Assembly: GCA_003558085.1 (NCBI GenBank) | Contig: PWMT01000039.1 | Location: 1-60,275 of the forward strand | DNA from: Methanobacteriaceae archaeon | GTDB taxonomy: Archaea > Methanobacteriota > Methanobacteria > Methanobacteriales > Methanobacteriaceae | Reading direction: 5' to 3' | DNA: 60,275 bases | Part shown: piece after piece, positions 20,783-31,602 of the stretch | Layout: each line of letters opens with the position of its first letter | Position numbering within the stretch: position 1 is the stretch's first letter | Notes under the pieces: model-generated | What the model was told of the DNA's origin: nothing | Databases searched by the model: none | The model's input: only the letters and a program-made list of their open reading frames with translations | Translations under genes and position numbers: made by a program

Positions 20783-21352
20783 CTAATCTTTTAATATTTT
20801 AATCAAGGAAGCTACATTATTTCCAAACCGTCGTATGGTATCTATACCTTCTTCATCTTCAAGAACTTCTCCTGGAGCCCCTCCAAAAACCATATTCCAG
20901 TAAGTGGATCCCGGTACAATCATATCATTGATAAAAAAGAACATGAGCATTTCTTGAATAGTGGCGGTGTGACCCCCTCTTCTGGCAACAGCCACAGGAC
21001 CTCCTATTTTCCAGGATAAAAAATTATTGGTAGATCTAGAAACCATTCCTATTCGTTGTAGGGCAGCCATTATTGCTCCTCTAGCAGTACCAAAATACAC
21101 TGGAGTTCCAACAATAAATCCTTCTGATTCTCTAACCTTATCTATAATTTCGTTCAATCCATCTTCTAAAATACATTTTTTTAGTTTGGCGCAACTAAGA
21201 CAGGCATGGCAGGAATCAATGTTCATTTTTCTTAAAGATATGATCTCTGTTTCCAGATTATTTTTCTCAATTTCACTAGCACATTCTTCTAAAACTTTCA
21301 TAGTATTACTTTCTTTACGGGGACTGCCGCAGATTAAAAGCACTTTTCTCAC
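20783..21352 (-). CDS. Iron-sulfur flavoprotein (Isf)-like flavodoxin-fold protein
   Basis: GSPRKESNT, CX2CX2CX5C (CHACLSCAKLKKC), TPVYFG and RRGG; GTG start with GGAGGGG RBS. Confidence 0.85.
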   Translation of the reverse strand: MRKVLLICGSPRKESNTMKVLEECASEIEKNNLETEIISLRKMNIDSCHACLSCAKLKKCILEDGLNEIIDKVRESEGFIVGTPVYFGTARGAIMAALQRIGMVSRSTNNFLSWKIGGPVAVARRGGHTATIQEMLMFFFINDMIVPGSTYWNMVFGGAPGEVLEDEEGIDTIRRFGNNVASLIKILKD

Positions 21353-21619
21353 TTATAACCCCCTCCCAGACTTGATAATCTTATAGGATATACAACTATT
21401 TATTATTTTTAGGTGCGGATGAATTAAATAAATTTCTAAATTTACTCCTTATCACTTTTTAAGCCGAAAAATAACTTTTTTAAGATCACTGCTTTCTAGA
21501 AAATTTTTCATGCAAACCTTAAAAAAGAAATTTGATCATTAATAAATAGATTATTTATTTTTCTTTTACCTTTTTTAGAGATTAAACATAATAAATATTA
21601 ATCTAATTTAAAACTAAAA

Positions 21620-22402
21620 TTAGAGGTCATCAATGGGTATTTCTACTTTAGCTCCGTTAAGAGCTGTCTTACAGTCACAATCATAACCTTCAGGCATTTT
21701 AGCAATAGTGTCAGATATTAATTTAATTAAAACCTTTGCTTTTTTCTCTAAAATTTCAAAAACCTCATCGATAGTTAATTTATCTGGAGAAATAGAAGCA
21801 GCATAATTAGATACAGTACAGATACTGGCATAACAAATTTCTAACTCCCGTGCAAATATAACCTCAGGAATACCAGTCATACCTACCACAGTTCCTCCCA
21901 GATTTTTAAACATTTCCACTTCAGAAGCTGTTTCAAAACGGGGTCCTTCCGTACATACATATACTCCCTTCTCAACGACTTTACCAGAATCTATTAATAA
22001 ATCTCTTAATTCTGGACAGTAAGGATGGGTGACATCTATATGCACTGCAAGATCATCATAAAGAGTTTTTTTCCTATTTTTAGTAAAATCCAGAAAATCA
22101 TGCGGTATTAAAATCTCTCCAGGACCTATATTTTCATACAAGGAACCTACTGCATTAGTAGCTAAGATCCGTTCTACTCCCATTTTTTTAAAGGCACAAA
22201 TATTAGTATGATAATCTATCATATGAGGTGGGGTGGTATGGTTTTTAGCATGGCGGGGCATGAAAACCACTTCTTTACCATGTAATTCAAAAATCGAAAT
22301 TTCCGGAGAATTACCATAAGGCGTTTTTATTACTTCGCTCTTTATAACAGTTCCTTTCTCCACGATTTCATACATCCCTGTACCACCAATTATTCCTATC
22401 AT
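21620..22402 (-). CDS. MTAP-family purine nucleoside phosphorylase, probably S-methyl-5'-thioinosine phosphorylase
   Basis: IGIIGGTG, PRH, NAVGSL, EGPRFET and VGMT motifs. The specificity motif is SNYA rather than TDYD, favouring 6-oxopurine (MTIP) specificity. Confidence 0.85.
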   Translation of the reverse strand: MIGIIGGTGMYEIVEKGTVIKSEVIKTPYGNSPEISIFELHGKEVVFMPRHAKNHTTPPHMIDYHTNICAFKKMGVERILATNAVGSLYENIGPGEILIPHDFLDFTKNRKKTLYDDLAVHIDVTHPYCPELRDLLIDSGKVVEKGVYVCTEGPRFETASEVEMFKNLGGTVVGMTGIPEVIFARELEICYASICTVSNYAASISPDKLTIDEVFEILEKKAKVLIKLISDTIAKMPEGYDCDCKTALNGAKVEIPIDDL

Positions 22403-22532
22403 CATGTCACCTGTTATTAGCATTTAATTTTGATTAAAACACTTTACAATAAATTAAAAATTTTAAATATCATTTCTAATTCAGATTAAAAAAAATAGAA
22501 TAAGATAAAAAAAATTTAATAATAACTCATTT

Positions 22533-23981
22533 CTATCCTTTAGCCACACCTAAAGGAACCATTTGAGCAACTAATTTAGATATACCGGACTTTTCAACGG
22601 TTTGAATGACTTCGTCCACGTTTTTATAAGCCCCTGGAGCTTCTTCAGCTACTACTGGCATGGAAGTTGCTTTTATGATTATTCCTTTTTTTTGCAGATA
22701 TTTTTGAATTTCTTCACCCCTATATTTACGCTTGGCACCGGCACGACTCATTTTTCGTCCTGCTCCATGAGCAGTTGATCCAAAGGTTTCATCCATAGCG
22801 GTTTGGGTTCCATGTAGTAGATAGGAAGATGTGCCCATAGTACCCGGAATCAATACTGGCTGGCCAATTTTTCGATATGGAGATGGTATTTCTTTTCTGC
22901 CAGGTCCAAATGATCTGGTTGCTCCTTTACGATGTACATATAGCTCTTTTGATCGGCCTTTTATTTCATGCACTTCTTTTTTAGCCATATTATGAGCCAC
23001 ATCGTAGACTACACTCATACCCATATCTTCAGCACTTTTTTGAAAAATTTGTTCAAATGATTCTCTCACCCAGTGTAAAATCATTTGTCGGTTAGCCCAG
23101 GCATAGTTAGCTGCAGCAGACATAGCTTGAAAATAATCTTGTGCTTCATCTGAATCTACAGGGGCGCATGCTAATTGACGATCAGGTATATTTATTTTGT
23201 GTCTTTTATAGGCTTTATCCATTATTCTTAAATAATCAGAGCAGACTTGATGTCCACAACCCCGGGAACCGGTGTGAATAAGTATGGCTATTTTGCCTTT
23301 TTCCACTGCAAATTTTTCAGCCACCTCCGGTTCAAAGATTTTTTCTATTTTTTGTACCTCTAAAAAATGATTTCCTGAACCTAAAGTACCTAACTGGGGA
23401 ACACCTCTTTTTTTGGCCTTTTCACTGACTTTATCCGAGTTAGCCTCCTTCATTTTTCCATTCTCTTCTAGATACTCAAGGTCTTCCTCCCAGCCATAAT
23501 CGTTTTCCACAGCCCATTCAGCTCCGTTAGTTAGAACCTCATCTATCTGGCCTTTTTTAAGTCTTATTTTACCTTTACTTCCTACTCCTGAGGGAACATT
23601 TCTAAAAAGAGTGTCAATGATTTCTTTAATTTTAGGTCGTACTTCTTCCTCGGAAAGATTGGTTCTAACCATTCTTACTCCACAATTTATGTCAAAACCA
23701 ACTCCTCCTGGACTTATAATTCCGTTCCGTGCACTGAATGCTCCTACTCCTCCTATACTAAAACCGTATCCAAAATGAATATCTGGCAATCCAATAGAAA
23801 ATTTTTGTATACCTGGTAAGGATGCTACATTGGCCACTTGATCCACAGCACCTTTTTCTAAATCTTTCAATGCTTCATCATCTAGAAAAATACGTCCAGG
23901 AACCCTCATACTTTTTTTATAATTACTAGGGAGTTCCCAAACACAGTCTCTAACTTTATTTAGAACTTCTTCCATGCTCAT
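22533..23981 (-). CDS. rtcB: tRNA-splicing ligase RtcB
   Basis: [36 protein letters not shown] and HGAGR; no intein (482 aa). Confidence 0.97.
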   Translation of the reverse strand: MSMEEVLNKVRDCVWELPSNYKKSMRVPGRIFLDDEALKDLEKGAVDQVANVASLPGIQKFSIGLPDIHFGYGFSIGGVGAFSARNGIISPGGVGFDINCGVRMVRTNLSEEEVRPKIKEIIDTLFRNVPSGVGSKGKIRLKKGQIDEVLTNGAEWAVENDYGWEEDLEYLEENGKMKEANSDKVSEKAKKRGVPQLGTLGSGNHFLEVQKIEKIFEPEVAEKFAVEKGKIAILIHTGSRGCGHQVCSDYLRIMDKAYKRHKINIPDRQLACAPVDSDEAQDYFQAMSAAANYAWANRQMILHWVRESFEQIFQKSAEDMGMSVVYDVAHNMAKKEVHEIKGRSKELYVHRKGATRSFGPGRKEIPSPYRKIGQPVLIPGTMGTSSYLLHGTQTAMDETFGSTAHGAGRKMSRAGAKRKYRGEEIQKYLQKKGIIIKATSMPVVAEEAPGAYKNVDEVIQTVEKSGISKLVAQMVPLGVAKG

Positions 23982-24145
23982 TATAAACCCTCTCTTAAGC
24001 TATTATGATTCTTCACTCATTATTTTGTTAGTTATATTGAATATATTTGGATACTATTTTTTATTATAATTCCTTAATTATCTTAAAACTAATTGATTAA
24101 TAATTATCTGTTAATTTTTTTAATTTAGACAAAAAGAAGGCGATA

Positions 24146-24565
24146 TCATATATCTAATATTACCCGCACTTTATATCCATCTTCTTTTCTAATCTCCATC
24201 TTATGAAATGTCACTGCTTTTACTTCACCCCGAATTTCATGAACTTCTGGATTAATTTTCTCCCCTTCAGCAACTCCATTTAACTTATATTTTTCTTTCA
24301 ATTTCTGGATCTCTACTTCAAAATCTGAAAAAACTAGGTATTCAACCTCATGGATAAATAGAAGCTCTTCGAGAAAATCGTACAACAAAGATATTTTGTC
24401 TTCAGAAATAACTTCTATTTCTCTTTTTTCTAACTTTCTAATCTGGGAAGTATTGGTCATTACCTCAAACATAGCTAGAGCAGCATTTTCAAATGATTCT
24501 TCTAAGCTGGATCCAAAGCTCCAATAACCAGTATCAGCGGTTACATCAAAAAATTCAAACCTCAA
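24146..24565 (-). CDS. Archease
   Basis: FFDVTAD, EELLF, EVKAVTFH and C-terminal VILDI; adjacent to rtcB; TTG start with GGTGA RBS. Confidence 0.93.
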   Translation of the reverse strand: MRFEFFDVTADTGYWSFGSSLEESFENAALAMFEVMTNTSQIRKLEKREIEVISEDKISLLYDFLEELLFIHEVEYLVFSDFEVEIQKLKEKYKLNGVAEGEKINPEVHEIRGEVKAVTFHKMEIRKEDGYKVRVILDI

Positions 24566-24834
24566 AACATATCACCCTTAACCTTAATTAATAAGAAAAT
24601 ATCCTTTGCACATTAATTTTATAATTAGAATCAAACGTTTATCCAAAATTCAGTTTAATTTTTGCTTATCCTCTTTAATAATATGGAGTTATTATTAAAT
24701 TAAATTTTAGTTTCAATTAACTAGATTAGCTATTTTAAATTGCGCTAGTTAACTATCAATTACTTTTCAAACGCTCTCTATCTCTTCTTTTAAATAGTTT
24801 TTAAAACAACTATGCTAACATGGAAGTGATTTAA

Positions 24835-25014
24835 ATGTTTAAAGTAACTAAATCTAATTCAATTGCAAATTTGAGAAAAAAAAGACCATTAATTAATCTT
24901 AAAACTATTAATATTCAATTTTGCATGGTATTGCTCTTTATCACTGCTGCAATGATCTTTAGCGTACTGATGGTTGTCGCTACCCCTAATTCCAATTTTC
25001 CGGCAGGAATATAA
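24835..25014 (+). CDS. Small single-pass membrane protein, 59 aa (not in the ORF track)
   Basis: Manual translation MFKVTKSNSIANLRKKRPLINLKTINIQFCMVLLFITAAMIFSVLMVVATPNSNFPAGI*; GGAAGTGA RBS-like element upstream; basic N-terminus followed by a ~20-aa hydrophobic helix. Confidence 0.6.
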   Translation: MFKVTKSNSIANLRKKRPLINLKTINIQFCMVLLFITAAMIFSVLMVVATPNSNFPAGI

Positions 25015-25057
25015 ATAAAAGCCTCTTAAAATTTTTAGCAGTAAAACCCCCAGGGAT

Positions 25058-26185
25058 TTAGAGTAGAGCCATGCATTTATTGATTTCTTTCTGGCTGAAT
25101 CTTAAGATTATCAGCCGGGAATTTCCCCTAATACCTTTTCCAGTAAATTTAGTATCTATCAATCTTAAAAATTCTAATTTTTCCAGAATCCGATTAAATG
25201 AAGAATAACTGCTTTTATTCTTTTTCTTAAAAACCTCGTATAATTCTCCAGCCCTTAAAAATTCTTCATCAGCATTACTAATCATTTCCAAAAGTTCATA
25301 TTCTGGTTTTGATAAAGATTTTAGGATATTAATAAGATTTAAGGGACCACTACTTTTCAATGCTTCACCCAAATGTTTCACTTTCACATTCCGTGAAGCT
25401 TCAGCCTCTGCCCGGTTGCCACTTATTCTCAATAGATCTATACCGATTCTTAAATCTCCATTCTCTGAAGCATAGTCTGTTATCTGTTCTAAGATTTCAT
25501 CTGAAATCACATTTGGATAAAAACCTATTTTTACTCTTTCTTTTAAAATATCAAACATTTGATTTCGTGTATAAGGAGAAAAAACGATTTCTTGTGGAAT
25601 AAAAACAGAATTAACATTTTTATCCAAGGTGTGTCGGAATTCTATGTCAGATAAAACCGCAAAAATTCCAGTTCTAACACCAGGAAATTCTTCGTATGCT
25701 CTTAAAACATCATAAAAAATTTTATTAGCATTTTTACTGTGAAAAAGATAATTAACATCATCTAAAGCAATTATAAGTGCTTTTTTCTCAGATTGGAGAT
25801 ATTGCATAATTTTTTGATAAATCCTTGAAAAGGGAACCCCAGTTTCAGGAGGGTAATGACCAAAAATCTTATTATATATTTGAGAAAATATACCAAATCG
25901 GGTAATATGTAATTGGCAATTAATATAGCAACAAATAACCTGTTCTGAACTATTTTCCACCATTTCAAAAATTTTTTTAATGGCGGTGGTTTTACCAGTA
26001 GCACAGGAACCCAATATGACGGCATTAACAGGCCTACCTTCCTTTAAAGCAGGTCTTATACAGATAGCTAATGACTCCATTTGAGAATCCCTATATTTAT
26101 AATTTTCAGGAACATAATCCGGATTAAAAGCATTAATATCTTTAAAAATTGTTTCATCATGTAGAAGAATGTCTTTTATATCCAT
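25058..26185 (-). CDS. cdc6: ORC1/Cdc6-type DNA replication protein
   Basis: DYVP....YRD.Q, Walker A GSCATGKT, Walker B ALDD, GDLR sensor and C-terminal winged helix with GIRG. Confidence 0.93.
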   Translation of the reverse strand: MDIKDILLHDETIFKDINAFNPDYVPENYKYRDSQMESLAICIRPALKEGRPVNAVILGSCATGKTTAIKKIFEMVENSSEQVICCYINCQLHITRFGIFSQIYNKIFGHYPPETGVPFSRIYQKIMQYLQSEKKALIIALDDVNYLFHSKNANKIFYDVLRAYEEFPGVRTGIFAVLSDIEFRHTLDKNVNSVFIPQEIVFSPYTRNQMFDILKERVKIGFYPNVISDEILEQITDYASENGDLRIGIDLLRISGNRAEAEASRNVKVKHLGEALKSSGPLNLINILKSLSKPEYELLEMISNADEEFLRAGELYEVFKKKNKSSYSSFNRILEKLEFLRLIDTKFTGKGIRGNSRLIILRFSQKEINKCMALL

Positions 26186-26337
26186 AACATCACATCTTAC
26201 AAACCTAGAAATTACAAAATTCTTCTAACTTAAGATCTTAATAATAATAAACAAATTTTGAACTAATATCTTATACTCTTATTTATTATTTCAAATATTA
26301 AATAACTTAAAATTAATTTTAATTAAATTTTTATTAT

Positions 26338-27081
26338 TCATCTTAATAACTTTCTAAAAACTTTTTCCTGATTTTTTAAAAAGGTTAAATTATAAATATC
26401 CACGGATTCGTTCTTCTCTATCCATTGAATCAATTTTTCAGCGTATTCCAATTTCAAGATTTTAATGGTATCCGCCATTCCCACTTCTTCCTTCAAATCA
26501 GGTCTAGAATATTTACTAATTACTTTACCAAAGTCCATGCCTGCTAATATTATTTTTTTAGCTCCTAACTCCACTGCTAGGAAAACAGCTCGATCACCAT
26601 CAGTGAAACCACCAAAATTATACACATATTCGAAAGGAGTACTTTGAGTTGTTCCCATAACTTTTTCTAATTTAGGAGCATATACTAAGATTTTATCAAG
26701 GTTATTTCCATGGGCATGCAACACTATATAGGCATCTTTAAGACTAGCATTTATAATATCATCTACATTACCATCTAAATCAGTTACGATAATATGGGGA
26801 ATTATATTTTCTTCTATAAGAGCAGTTGTAGCCCCATCTGCCGCTATAATTATGAAATCATCGCTATAAATTTTTTTAATTAATTTAATATGCTTTTTTA
26901 AAGAGGGGCCTGCTCCTAATATAATGAAATTTTTTCCTGAAGGCAAATCGGTAATTGAAATTAATTTTTTCTTTCTCAAGATTTTATTTAAATATTCTGC
27001 TGATTTTTCATCCTTTTTTCTATCAAAACCAAAATCTTTTAAAATTTTCCCATACCAATTCATCCACACTTTAAGTTCCAT
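26338..27081 (-). CDS. mptE: 6-hydroxymethyl-7,8-dihydropterin pyrophosphokinase MptE-like
   Basis: GAGPSL, AADGAT, IVTDLDG, HAHGNN, GTTQ and NFGGFTDGDRA motifs. Confidence 0.85.
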   Translation of the reverse strand: MELKVWMNWYGKILKDFGFDRKKDEKSAEYLNKILRKKKLISITDLPSGKNFIILGAGPSLKKHIKLIKKIYSDDFIIIAADGATTALIEENIIPHIIVTDLDGNVDDIINASLKDAYIVLHAHGNNLDKILVYAPKLEKVMGTTQSTPFEYVYNFGGFTDGDRAVFLAVELGAKKIILAGMDFGKVISKYSRPDLKEEVGMADTIKILKLEYAEKLIQWIEKNESVDIYNLTFLKNQEKVFRKLLR

Positions 27082-27383
27082 AATTAAGTTTTAAGCAAAT
27101 ACTAATAAATAGGTTCACCTTTCTTATAGCGGTTTAAGCTTTTAGAGTAAAAGATGATGGATTTAAAACTTATGCTTTATATTAATTATCTTTTTTTTTT
27201 GATTTAATTTCTTGAGGGGTTCTTGAAATTTTTTATAGATATTCTTTAAGTTCCTATTTACTATAAAAAAAAATAAATCTTTTTATAATCCTATTAATAA
27301 AAGGTAGATTAATATTTGCATCTTTTAACTAAAAATTAAAAAAACCCAAAAAATTTTAGTAAATGAAATTGAGGTTTGTTAGA

Positions 27384-28538
27384 ATGAATGAAACATTATT
27401 AATGATCCCGGGTCCCACCCGGGTGGCTCCTAGAGTATTGAAGGCCATGTCGGAAAATATAGTAAATCATAGAAGTGCTATCTTTGGCAAACTTCTAACT
27501 GATATTACACAAATAATGTCTGAAGTGTTTAAAACTAATAATAAATCTTATTTAATTACCGGATCAGGCACGGCAGCTATGGAAGCAGCGATGGTAAATA
27601 TAATTCAACCTGGAGATAAAATATTAAATGTAGTGAGCGGAAAATTTGGCGAAAGATTCATGCAAATAGTGGATTCTTTTGGAGCCGAATCTAAAGTTCT
27701 TGATGTGGAATGGGGTGAGGCTGTTAATCCAGATGATATAAAACAGATTTTGGATGAAGATGAAAATATTAAAGCGGTCACCGTAGTGCATAATGAGACT
27801 TCAACTGGAGTGTCAAATCCTATAAAAGAAATAGGGAAATTGATGCAAAATTACGATGCCCTTTATGTGGTGGATACAGTTTCCTCTTTAGGTGGTGATG
27901 AAGTAGATGTGGATGGTTTTGGCATCGATATTTGTGTTACTGGATCCCAAAAATGTTTAGCTGCCCCACCAGGTATGGCTGCCATTACTTTGAGTGACGA
28001 TGCCTGGAAGATAGTTGATCAAAATGATTCCCTGAGTTACTATTTAGACTTGAAAAAATATCGAAAAGGGGGCAAAGCTGAACCTCCTGAAACCCCTTAC
28101 ACTCCGGCAATTCCTTTAATATATGCCATGCATGAAGCTCTTAATGTTATAATCGAAGAAGGATTAAACCAACGAATAAAAAGACATCAATTAGCTGCTA
28201 AAGCTACTCGTAATGCTATAAAGGCATTAAATCTGGAATTGTTCCCTAGGGAGGAAGTATCCTCTACTACAGTTACAGCCATAAATATACCTGAGGGAGT
28301 TACAGATGCTGAATTACGAGGCACCATGCGTAATAAATATCATGTAGAGTTGGCTGGAGGCCAGGACCATTTAAAAGGAAATGTATTTAGAATTGGTCAC
28401 ATGGGCAACATAACTCACCGGGAGTTAATAACTACCATATCTGGTTTGGAAATGACTTTAAGGGAATTAGGTTTTGAAATCGAGATGGGTGAGGGTGTTG
28501 CTTCCGTTGCTGATGTTTATCTTCCCCAAAATCTCTAA
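27384..28538 (+). CDS. Class V PLP-dependent aminotransferase (serine-pyruvate/phosphoserine aminotransferase family)
   Basis: LMIPGP, GSGTAAME, HNETSTG, DTVSS, GSQK and FRIGHMG. Start MNETLL has a GAGGT RBS. Confidence 0.9.
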   Translation: MNETLLMIPGPTRVAPRVLKAMSENIVNHRSAIFGKLLTDITQIMSEVFKTNNKSYLITGSGTAAMEAAMVNIIQPGDKILNVVSGKFGERFMQIVDSFGAESKVLDVEWGEAVNPDDIKQILDEDENIKAVTVVHNETSTGVSNPIKEIGKLMQNYDALYVVDTVSSLGGDEVDVDGFGIDICVTGSQKCLAAPPGMAAITLSDDAWKIVDQNDSLSYYLDLKKYRKGGKAEPPETPYTPAIPLIYAMHEALNVIIEEGLNQRIKRHQLAAKATRNAIKALNLELFPREEVSSTTVTAINIPEGVTDAELRGTMRNKYHVELAGGQDHLKGNVFRIGHMGNITHRELITTISGLEMTLRELGFEIEMGEGVASVADVYLPQNL

Positions 28539-28707
28539 TTTTTTTTTGAAGTTAAACATTATTTTCTTAATTTTTTTTAACCACATCTACCATTCCCCAG
28601 GACTATTTTTTAAAAATAAAAAATGCTTTTAAACTATACATACTAAGTAAATCAATCTGAATATAATTTAATTGGGAATCTATCCAACCTAACCTCAGGA
28701 TCTATTA

Positions 28708-29552
28708 TTAGCTGAAACTTCCGGTTCTTTTACCTAGTTCTCCTGAGATTAACATCATCAGGATTATACTGAGTGAATAAACTACTATTATCATGGCCAT
28801 TACATCGTATTCAGCGCTGAAGTTGGCTAGAGCTACTACAAATGCAGCTGATGAGTTTCTAATAGCAGTACACATACCCAGCACGGTCTTCGTATTTTCA
28901 GAAGGACCCCCTAACAAATATCCCATTAGAAAAGAGGTTGAAATGAAAATTACAGCAGCTAATAATGCTCCCGTACCAAATACTGCCAAAAAGTCCTGAT
29001 AATTAAGAAACAAATAAAGAATCACTACTACAAATAGGAATATATTGGATATTTGATTAAAGGCAGGTTTAATTGTTTTAGCTAGGTTAGTATATCTCCA
29101 TTTTACAGCTGTTCCCCCCATTAAGGGTATAACTATTAAGATCAATAAGGAAACTGCTATAGATAAAGAGTTTACTGAAACATCAGGTAATAGAAAAGAA
29201 AGGACTAAGGGCATGTAGATTAAAGTCACAAGGGATAATATTAGCATTAGTCCTACTGCAAATGCCGTATCAGCTTTCAAAAACTGGACTAATTTAAGCA
29301 TAAAAGGTGAACCTGCTCCGGCAGCCATCAAAACCAGACCAATAGCTAGTCCGGGTTGGAGAGGGATTAATTGCAATATGATATGGTTAATATTGGCACC
29401 AAGATGAAATTAGCAGCTAAAGATTTTAATAAGAGTTTTTTATCTTTCAAGGGTTCTATAAATTGTTTTGGAAAAAAACTAAGCCCCATAGACAACATGG
29501 TGGAAACAATATAAATTAAAATGCTCAAATTAGCAAAATGTGGGAGATCCAT
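28708..29552 (-). pseudogene. Bile acid:sodium symporter (SBF/BASS/Acr3 superfamily) protein, frameshifted
   Basis: N-part MDLPHF...MLSMGL...ANFILVPILT and C-part LQLIPL...AGSPF...RNSSAA are in different frames. Inserting one T at 29384/29385 gives continuous VPILTYIILQLIPL. Confidence 0.78.
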
Positions 29553-29602
29553 TAAATATCTACCCCTGATTTTACCTTTTATTTTAATAAGCAAATGCAA
29601 TC

Positions 29603-29628
29603 GATTATACTTAAAATTAAGTATAATC
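29603..29628. promoter_or_regulatory. Perfect 12-2-12 inverted repeat, putative repressor operator
   Basis: GATTATACTTAA-AA-TTAAGTATAATC, about 50 nt upstream of the symporter start and next to a TATA-like tract. Confidence 0.6.
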
Positions 29629-29982
29629 TATATTATATTTAATGAATCATCAGATCAAAAAAATACTAACTAAAAATTTTACATATATTAATTATTAATT
29701 GAAAAAATATATCTAAAAATAATTAAACTTCTTAAGAATATATTATATTTTTTTATAAAAATCCGAATAAATACTGAATTTAAAATCTAAATGGGGATTT
29801 AACCTAAAAATAGGGGATAACTTTATTTATTCATTAATATTTTAATATCCTTAAAAAAAAATCTTCATTTTTTACAAATTAGAATCTAAAGCTTATTATT
29901 CTATAAATTTTTAAAAAAAGCTCGTTTTCTAGGAATAATCAAAAGTGGGGTCGGTTGTAAGTATCTTATAAAAACAATTATT

Positions 29983-31602
29983 TTAGATTAAATTTTGTGG
30001 AAGGGGAATTTTTTCTTGAGGATCAACCATTATCTCCATTAAAAATGGTTTATTAGATTTAATAGCCTTTTGAACTGTTTTATAAATATTATCTGCTAAT
30101 TCAATTCGTTTAGATTCTATTCCATAAGCTTTTGCTATTGCAACAAAATCTGGATTTTCTAATTCTACTTCAAATTGTTCACTATATTGTATATCTTGCC
30201 ATTGTTTTATCAAGCCCAGACAACAGTTATTTATGATACATATTAAGATGGGGATATTTTCCTGAGCAATAACTGCCAATTCCTGCATAGTCATCTGAAA
30301 TCCCCCATCACCAGTTATTAAAACAATTTTTCTATCTGGAGCAGCTAGTGCAGCACCAATAGCTGCAGGCAATCCATAACCCATAGGTCCAAATCCTCCA
30401 GAAAATATTAATGAGGAAGGTTCTATAACTTTTTTAAGTAAGGTAATCCATATGGTAAGTGTTCCTGCATCAGTAACAGTAATGGAATTCTCTGATGCAT
30501 CCAATATATCCTTAATAGCTCTTTGAGGTTTAATAGGCAATTCTTCGTAACTTGTTTTAATATCATAGCTTCTTCTATATTTTCCAATTTCAGAAAGCCA
30601 TTTAACTGTGTTTTTAATTTTAATAGAGTTTAGTTGTTGTAAAAAAGTTAAAGCATCTCCCTGAATCTTCAAATCTCCGTATAAAATATTTTCATCCGGA
30701 TTCACATGTATAATGGAGCCTTTTCCCACTCCGATTTTTGTATTTTCAGAAAATTTACAGCCTAAGGCCAGTATTAAGTCACTATTTTTCCCAGCAAAGT
30801 TTGCTGCATCGGTACCTCTAATTCCGATCATACCTAAACATAAGGGATGATCTTCGGATAAAACTCCCCGGGCAGGATAGGTAGTGGCCACTGGAATAGA
30901 ATTTCTTTCTGCAAAGTCTCTAAGTTCAGAGACAGCATGTGCCCATATGATACCAGCTCCCGCAAGAATAAGAGGCCTATTGCATTTTTCAATTAATTTT
31001 TTAGCATCTCCCATTTCATCTAATAGGGATTTAAATGGATATTCAATACTTTTGTTAATGACTTCTATATCTACCTGCTCCTCCAGAACATCTTTAGGAA
31101 AATTTAGATGAACTGGCCCGGTTTTATTCTTTTGGATTAATTCTAAGGCATATTTTAATTTTTGAACTCCTTGTTCAGCATTTTCAATATAAAAGGTCTT
31201 CAAAGTTATAGGTTCAAAAACTGCATTTAAATCCATATTTTGAAGAACATTTTTGCCTTTAAGATGTCTGGGCACGTCTCCGGTAATAACAATCATAGGT
31301 ACAGAATCTTTGAAAGCTGCTGCAACCCCCATTACTAAGTTCATAGCACCTGGACCGGCAGTGCTCACACAAACCCCAAAATTAGATGAAACTCTGGAAT
31401 AAGCATCTGCAGCGTGAACGGCACCTTGTTCATGTCGCATTAGTATGTGTTTCAGGTTTGATTTTCTCAATGCCTCGTAAAAGGGTAAAATTTGTTCTCC
31501 TGGATGTCCAAAGATATGTTTAACCTTATTTGATTCTAGAATTTTAAGCAGTGCATCAGCACATCCAAGTTTATCAGTATAATCATTATTTTGGGTTTGC
31601 AT
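29983..31602 (-). CDS. Thiamine-diphosphate-dependent enzyme, acetolactate synthase large-subunit family
   Basis: FGHPG, RHEQGA, GPGAMN, GPVHL, MGYGLPAAIGA and GDGGFQM...NN motifs. Confidence 0.88.
   Translation of the reverse strand: MQTQNNDYTDKLGCADALLKILESNKVKHIFGHPGEQILPFYEALRKSNLKHILMRHEQGAVHAADAYSRVSSNFGVCVSTAGPGAMNLVMGVAAAFKDSVPMIVITGDVPRHLKGKNVLQNMDLNAVFEPITLKTFYIENAEQGVQKLKYALELIQKNKTGPVHLNFPKDVLEEQVDIEVINKSIEYPFKSLLDEMGDAKKLIEKCNRPLILAGAGIIWAHAVSELRDFAERNSIPVATTYPARGVLSEDHPLCLGMIGIRGTDAANFAGKNSDLILALGCKFSENTKIGVGKGSIIHVNPDENILYGDLKIQGDALTFLQQLNSIKIKNTVKWLSEIGKYRRSYDIKTSYEELPIKPQRAIKDILDASENSITVTDAGTLTIWITLLKKVIEPSSLIFSGGFGPMGYGLPAAIGAALAAPDRKIVLITGDGGFQMTMQELAVIAQENIPILICIINNCCLGLIKQWQDIQYSEQFEVELENPDFVAIAKAYGIESKRIELADNIYKTVQKAIKSNKPFLMEIMVDPQEKIPLPQNLI

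Noticed and set aside
22533..24565. rtcB-archease pair as a novel RNA repair system
   Set aside because: Well-established archaeal tRNA ligase plus cofactor arrangement; no intein or accessory RNA seen.
24566..26337. Replication origin next to cdc6
   Set aside because: No repeated ORB/mini-ORB (TTACAxTTGAAA-like) array is visible in either flank, and the upstream gap is only about 150 bp. This is probably the non-origin cdc6 paralog.
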